From the NCBI GenBank assembly GCA_026005135.1, contig BPKM01000008.1, forward strand, positions 20,250 to 84,249: a stretch of DNA of 64,000 nt, written 5' to 3'. The notes under the pieces are model-generated. The model saw only the letters and a list, made by a program, of their open reading frames with translations, was not told where the DNA came from and searched no databases. Both the position numbers and the translations under genes were made by a program. The DNA comes from Leptospiraceae bacterium (GTDB taxonomy: Bacteria; Spirochaetota; Leptospiria; Leptospirales; Leptonemataceae). Shown here piece after piece: positions 60,825 through 64,000 of the stretch. Numbering within the stretch: the stretch's first letter is position 1; the number at the start of each line of letters is the position of its first letter.

Positions 60825-61874
60825 TTAATTTACACCATAAACTCTTTGTTCTTTAAATCGAAAAAATCCACTTTCTTCTTCTTGTTTTAATATTTCTGCC
60901 ATTTCTGGATTAAAATATTTTAAACGTAACTTATCTAATTCTTCTTCTGATGCTCCTCGTTTTATTAATGCTTCTCTTTCTATCATATATTGTTGACCAA
61001 TTTCCCATCTTATATCTCTTTCTTTATCTAAATCCTCTAATCGTTTAACAGTATCTGGATCCATACCAAGTGAAGAACGAATCTGTCTTAAAGTTTTATA
61101 TCGTGTTTCTGAATCCATATTTTGCAATTCTTTTTGAACTGATGGTAATTGTAAAAATGTTTGTGAAACTTCAAAATTTCTTTTAGATAAAAAGTCCTGT
61201 GCATTTTCACCATAAATTTGTTGAATAGAAGATTTAAATTGCTGAACTTTATCATTTATATCGCCTGTTGATTGATCAATTTCTTTTAGTGTTTGTTTTA
61301 ATTCCTGAGACTTTAATTCACCAGCCCAGATTTCTTTCGCAACATCTTCTCCAAAAATTTCATATCGTTTATTCCATAGAACTTCCTGTCTTTCTTCTGG
61401 ACTTAGACTATATAAATCGTTTCTTTCATCTTCTAACCATTTTTGATATTCCTGATATTGTTCGAATCTCTTAAAAATTTCATCAGCAAGATCGGGGAAT
61501 GCTGCTTTTAACATTATGTATAATTCTGTTACCCAGGAATCCGGATATTTTTCTTTTAATGTTCTTATTAAATCTTCTATAAGTCTGATCTGTACCCATT
61601 TATTTGTTATATTTTTACCATAATTTTTTCTGTATAATGCTACCATTTGTTCAAATGTTAAATCATCAGAATAACGTGGTGTTCCCTCTGGATTATCTTC
61701 AATTAGTAAATTATTTAAAACATCTTCTTTTATTTCTGGTATTTTTGGTGGATTTTTTTTAACCTGCTCTATTTGTCTTTTTACAGGATCTTCCTTTGTT
61801 AAATAAAAAATTGTAACTATACCCAGAATAGCAAGTGTAATAATACCGATTAATAATAATTTATTTTTATTCAT
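60825..61874 (-). CDS. Putative lipase-specific foldase (Lif-like): membrane-anchored helical protein downstream of the lipase.
   Basis: N-terminal anchor LLLIGIITLAILGIVTIFYL. The rest is an E/K/Q-rich helical region. It lies directly downstream of a family I.1/I.2-type lipase, as in lipA-lif operons. I see no canonical RxxFDY(F/C)L(S/T)A motif. Confidence 0.45.
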   Translation of the reverse strand: MNKNKLLLIGIITLAILGIVTIFYLTKEDPVKRQIEQVKKNPPKIPEIKEDVLNNLLIEDNPEGTPRYSDDLTFEQMVALYRKNYGKNITNKWVQIRLIEDLIRTLKEKYPDSWVTELYIMLKAAFPDLADEIFKRFEQYQEYQKWLEDERNDLYSLSPEERQEVLWNKRYEIFGEDVAKEIWAGELKSQELKQTLKEIDQSTGDINDKVQQFKSSIQQIYGENAQDFLSKRNFEVSQTFLQLPSVQKELQNMDSETRYKTLRQIRSSLGMDPDTVKRLEDLDKERDIRWEIGQQYMIEREALIKRGASEEELDKLRLKYFNPEMAEILKQEEESGFFRFKEQRVYGVN

Positions 61875-61969
61875 AATTATTATACCTTATTGATTTATTA
61901 ATTTTTTATAAAATTAAATTAGGGATTTTAATTACTATTAATTTATTAATAAATATTTTCTAATCAAAA

Positions 61970-61987
61970 TTCCCCCAAAAAGGGGAA
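61970..61987 (-). terminator. Short hairpin between the lipase and the foldase-like gene (attenuator/terminator-like).
   Basis: The minus strand reads TTCCCC-TTTTTG-GGGGAA followed by TTTTGATT. The stem is only 6 bp. Confidence 0.35.
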
Positions 61988-61990
61988 GAA

Positions 61991-63091
61991 TTAATCATAA
62001 TATGCAATATAATCTATTAACGCTGCATAAAATTCCATCTCGTCAAATGTATCAGGTGGAACCCCTATTACATCTAAATGATCTTGCTCTACTATCGCTG
62101 CTGTTGAAGTCATTTGCGTAGAATTGGGATAATTTATATTCCCTACATAACCTGTATTGGAATATGTATTGATTACATCCATTATTCCACAACATTTTAC
62201 TGTATATTTTAATCGATATCCCATTTGTTGAGAATTAATCCCTACCAATCCATCATCATCTAAATCAGTTCTTGTACCATCTCCTTTTCCTGCTGCTCCA
62301 TCATTATCACAATCATCGACACAATATCCATCTCCATCTATATTATAAAATCCATTTCGTAAAATAAACAATGCTGGATTAACCGATGTTCCTGTTTGTG
62401 CTGTAATAACAGATGCATATCGATAAGCATAAGAAGAACTAACTGGATTATTCTGATTAAATACTTTCATTCCTGTCACCTGCCCATCAGAGGAAGAATA
62501 ATCATTATATACTAATTGTTTTGCCGCTGCATATCCATCATTACCAGAACGATAAACTACATTTCCATAAATGGTTGCTAAAGCATTAATCACTGATGTA
62601 ACACCTGGACCTAAATCTAAAATATACTTAGCGATTGGAGATCCCCTATGAGGAGAGGATACACTAATTAACACTCTTACTACTGTATATCCTTTTCTTG
62701 CTCTTAATTCTTTTGCTGCTTTTCTAGCATCTATACCACCCTGAGAGTGTCCTATGATATTGATATATGAAGAACCAGTCGATGCCATATAACTTTCTAT
62801 TTGATTTGCCAATTGCCATCCTCGATATTCTGAATTATGAAATGGTTGAACTGATGTTGCTTTTGCTTTTTGCTTAGAGTCTATATAAGAATTACAACCA
62901 ACTTCTAAGAATTTATCGCATGGATCACCCACAAAGGTTCCATAATCATCCCCCCAATAATCATAACCTAAAATATCATCAAACCCAGCTAAACCATGTG
63001 CAAAAACTACTGGATAAGTAGTCTTTGCCGCCCTTCCCCAAATGGTAGTACTAATCAATAGTACTACTAAACATAATAGTTGTTTTCGCAT
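61991..63091 (-). CDS. Secreted triacylglycerol lipase, Pseudomonas/Burkholderia family I.1/I.2 type.
   Basis: YPVVFAHGLAGFD (oxyanion region), IGHSQGG (nucleophile elbow), DGLVG (catalytic Asp), DHLDVIG (catalytic His). Signal peptide present. Confidence 0.8.
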   Translation of the reverse strand: MRKQLLCLVVLLISTTIWGRAAKTTYPVVFAHGLAGFDDILGYDYWGDDYGTFVGDPCDKFLEVGCNSYIDSKQKAKATSVQPFHNSEYRGWQLANQIESYMASTGSSYINIIGHSQGGIDARKAAKELRARKGYTVVRVLISVSSPHRGSPIAKYILDLGPGVTSVINALATIYGNVVYRSGNDGYAAAKQLVYNDYSSSDGQVTGMKVFNQNNPVSSSYAYRYASVITAQTGTSVNPALFILRNGFYNIDGDGYCVDDCDNDGAAGKGDGTRTDLDDDGLVGINSQQMGYRLKYTVKCCGIMDVINTYSNTGYVGNINYPNSTQMTSTAAIVEQDHLDVIGVPPDTFDEMEFYAALIDYIAYYD

Positions 63092-63178
63092 AAAACACTC
63101 CTCTTTTTATTACATTTATTGTAATATTAATTCAATGTGCAACTTTTTTTTGATGAAAAAGTCAAAAAAATTTCTCAA

Positions 63179-63227
63179 TTGTCCATATTTGGACAAAATT
63201 CGTCTATTTTTGTCCTATCTGGGACAA
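63179..63227. promoter_or_regulatory. Two 18-bp palindromes, a candidate dimeric-regulator operator pair.
   Basis: TTGTCCA-tatt-TGGACAA (63179-63196) and TTGTCC-tatctg-GGACAA (63210-63227). Their centres are 31 bp apart. Confidence 0.45.
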
Positions 63228-63347
63228 CTTTAACAAAATATCAATAATTTTTTTATTTATGATTTACTATTCAAAATAAATTATTTAAAATAATAATCCA
63301 TGATTTATTAGTTGGCAATATAAGAAAGGAAAGGTTTTTGGTTTATT

Positions 63348-64000
63348 ATGTTTTTAGCTAAAAGAATGAATCATATTAGCCCTTCCATGACCTTAGCTAT
63401 TACAGCAAAAGCAAAAGAATTAAAAGCCCAAGGTAAAGATGTTGTTGGTTTTGGGGCAGGAGAACCAGATTTCGATACACCAGACAATATCAAAAATGCT
63501 GCAATCGAAGCAATTAAAAAAGGTTTTACAAAATATACACCCGTTGGTGGTATTCCAGAATTAAAAAAAGCTATTATTGAAAAATACGAAAAAGAATATC
63601 AATTATCTTATAATATGAAAGAAGTCACAGTAAGTTGTGGGGGTAAGCAGGTCTTATTTAATCTATTTTTCGCCATTTTAAATCCTGGTGATGAAGTAAT
63701 TATTTTTTCTCCCTATTGGGTTTCTTATATTGATATTGTTCAATTTGCAGAAGGAAAACCTGTAATTGTTTCTACTAAAAGTCAAAACCAATTTTTACCT
63801 GATATAGAAAACCTAAAAAATGCTATTACACCTAAAACAAAAGCCATCATTATTAATTCTCCTTCTAATCCAACAGGGACATATTATCCAGAAGAATTAT
63901 TAAAAAAAATTGCAGATATTTTACAATCTTATCCCAATATTTTGATTATTACAGATGATATTTATGAAAAATTATTATATGATGGATTAACATTTAAAAA
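63348..64000 (+). CDS. Aspartate/aromatic aminotransferase (class I PLP enzyme); 5' part, running off the right edge.
   Basis: MFLAKRMNHISPSMTLAITAKAKELKAQGKDVVGFGAGEPDFDTPDNIK...YTPVGGIPELK...IINSPSNPTG. The frame is open to the window end, so it is absent from the ORF track. Confidence 0.85.
   Translation, partial: MFLAKRMNHISPSMTLAITAKAKELKAQGKDVVGFGAGEPDFDTPDNIKNAAIEAIKKGFTKYTPVGGIPELKKAIIEKYEKEYQLSYNMKEVTVSCGGKQVLFNLFFAILNPGDEVIIFSPYWVSYIDIVQFAEGKPVIVSTKSQNQFLPDIENLKNAITPKTKAIIINSPSNPTGTYYPEELLKKIADILQSYPNILIITDDIYEKLLYDGLTFK

Noticed and set aside
7646-61474. Short ORFs from the track that are nested in, or antisense to, long well-supported genes. They are 7646-7870, 11115-11303, 11989-12174, 13623-13841, 14225-14410, 15473-15685, 16560-16826, 19486-19701, 24416-24628, 27809-28012, 36366-36584, 36679-36876, 37959-38186, 38275-38517, 43199-43414, 45882-46067, 49053-49265, 54274-54492, 58849-59196 and 61268-61474.
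   Set aside because: Each lies wholly or largely inside a longer ORF that has clear family motifs. Their translations are low-complexity (I/L/F/Y/N-rich), as expected for alternative frames of AT-rich coding DNA. None has an RBS or a recognisable motif.
63042-63233. A 63-aa plus-strand ORF in the lipase upstream region.
   Set aside because: It starts antisense within the lipase 5' end and runs through the palindromic operator pair. It has no RBS, so the region is better explained as regulatory DNA.

Overview
About 64 kb of very AT-rich chromosome, standard genetic code. My hand counts of 120-nt samples give about 23-30 % G+C in typical genes. The gene content looks spirochaetal and Leptospira-like: FlaB-type periplasmic flagellin, FliN, an LruC-domain lipoprotein, a HAMP-PP2C-TPR sensor phosphatase, and the LPS genes lpxB, lpxI and kdsB. 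Most of the window is housekeeping: recC(partial)-recB-recD, lysA, a Pat-like acetyltransferase, two acyl-CoA ligases, gtrA/GT2, xth, flaB, fliN, a UbiB-like kinase, htpX, a CDF transporter, folP, a GldA/F/G-like ABC system, pyrC, argF, cobU/cbiB, a lipase with a putative foldase, and a partial aspartate aminotransferase. The accessory part is an ~8.6 kb island between recD and lysA (6036-14598). It holds a Type III-like methyltransferase and a helicase-nuclease, separated by a GmrSD-like DUF262/DUF1524 gene and a 45-codon ORF. Two tandem, near-identical Uma2-family nuclease genes follow, and they differ almost only in one 16-residue patch. The mod / DUF262-DUF1524 / small ORF / res cassette is my best candidate for an undescribed or hybrid defence system. 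I cannot run database searches, so its novelty is unverified. Other notable items are two copies of a small MITE-like element with 15-bp terminal inverted repeats and perfect 9-bp target-site duplications, and an IS630-family element with a broken transposase frame. There are also single-base frameshifts in recB and kdsB, and a pair of 18-bp palindromes upstream of the lipase operon. I found no rRNA genes, tRNA genes or CRISPR arrays. All product calls rest on motifs I recognise by eye in the supplied translations, not on searches.
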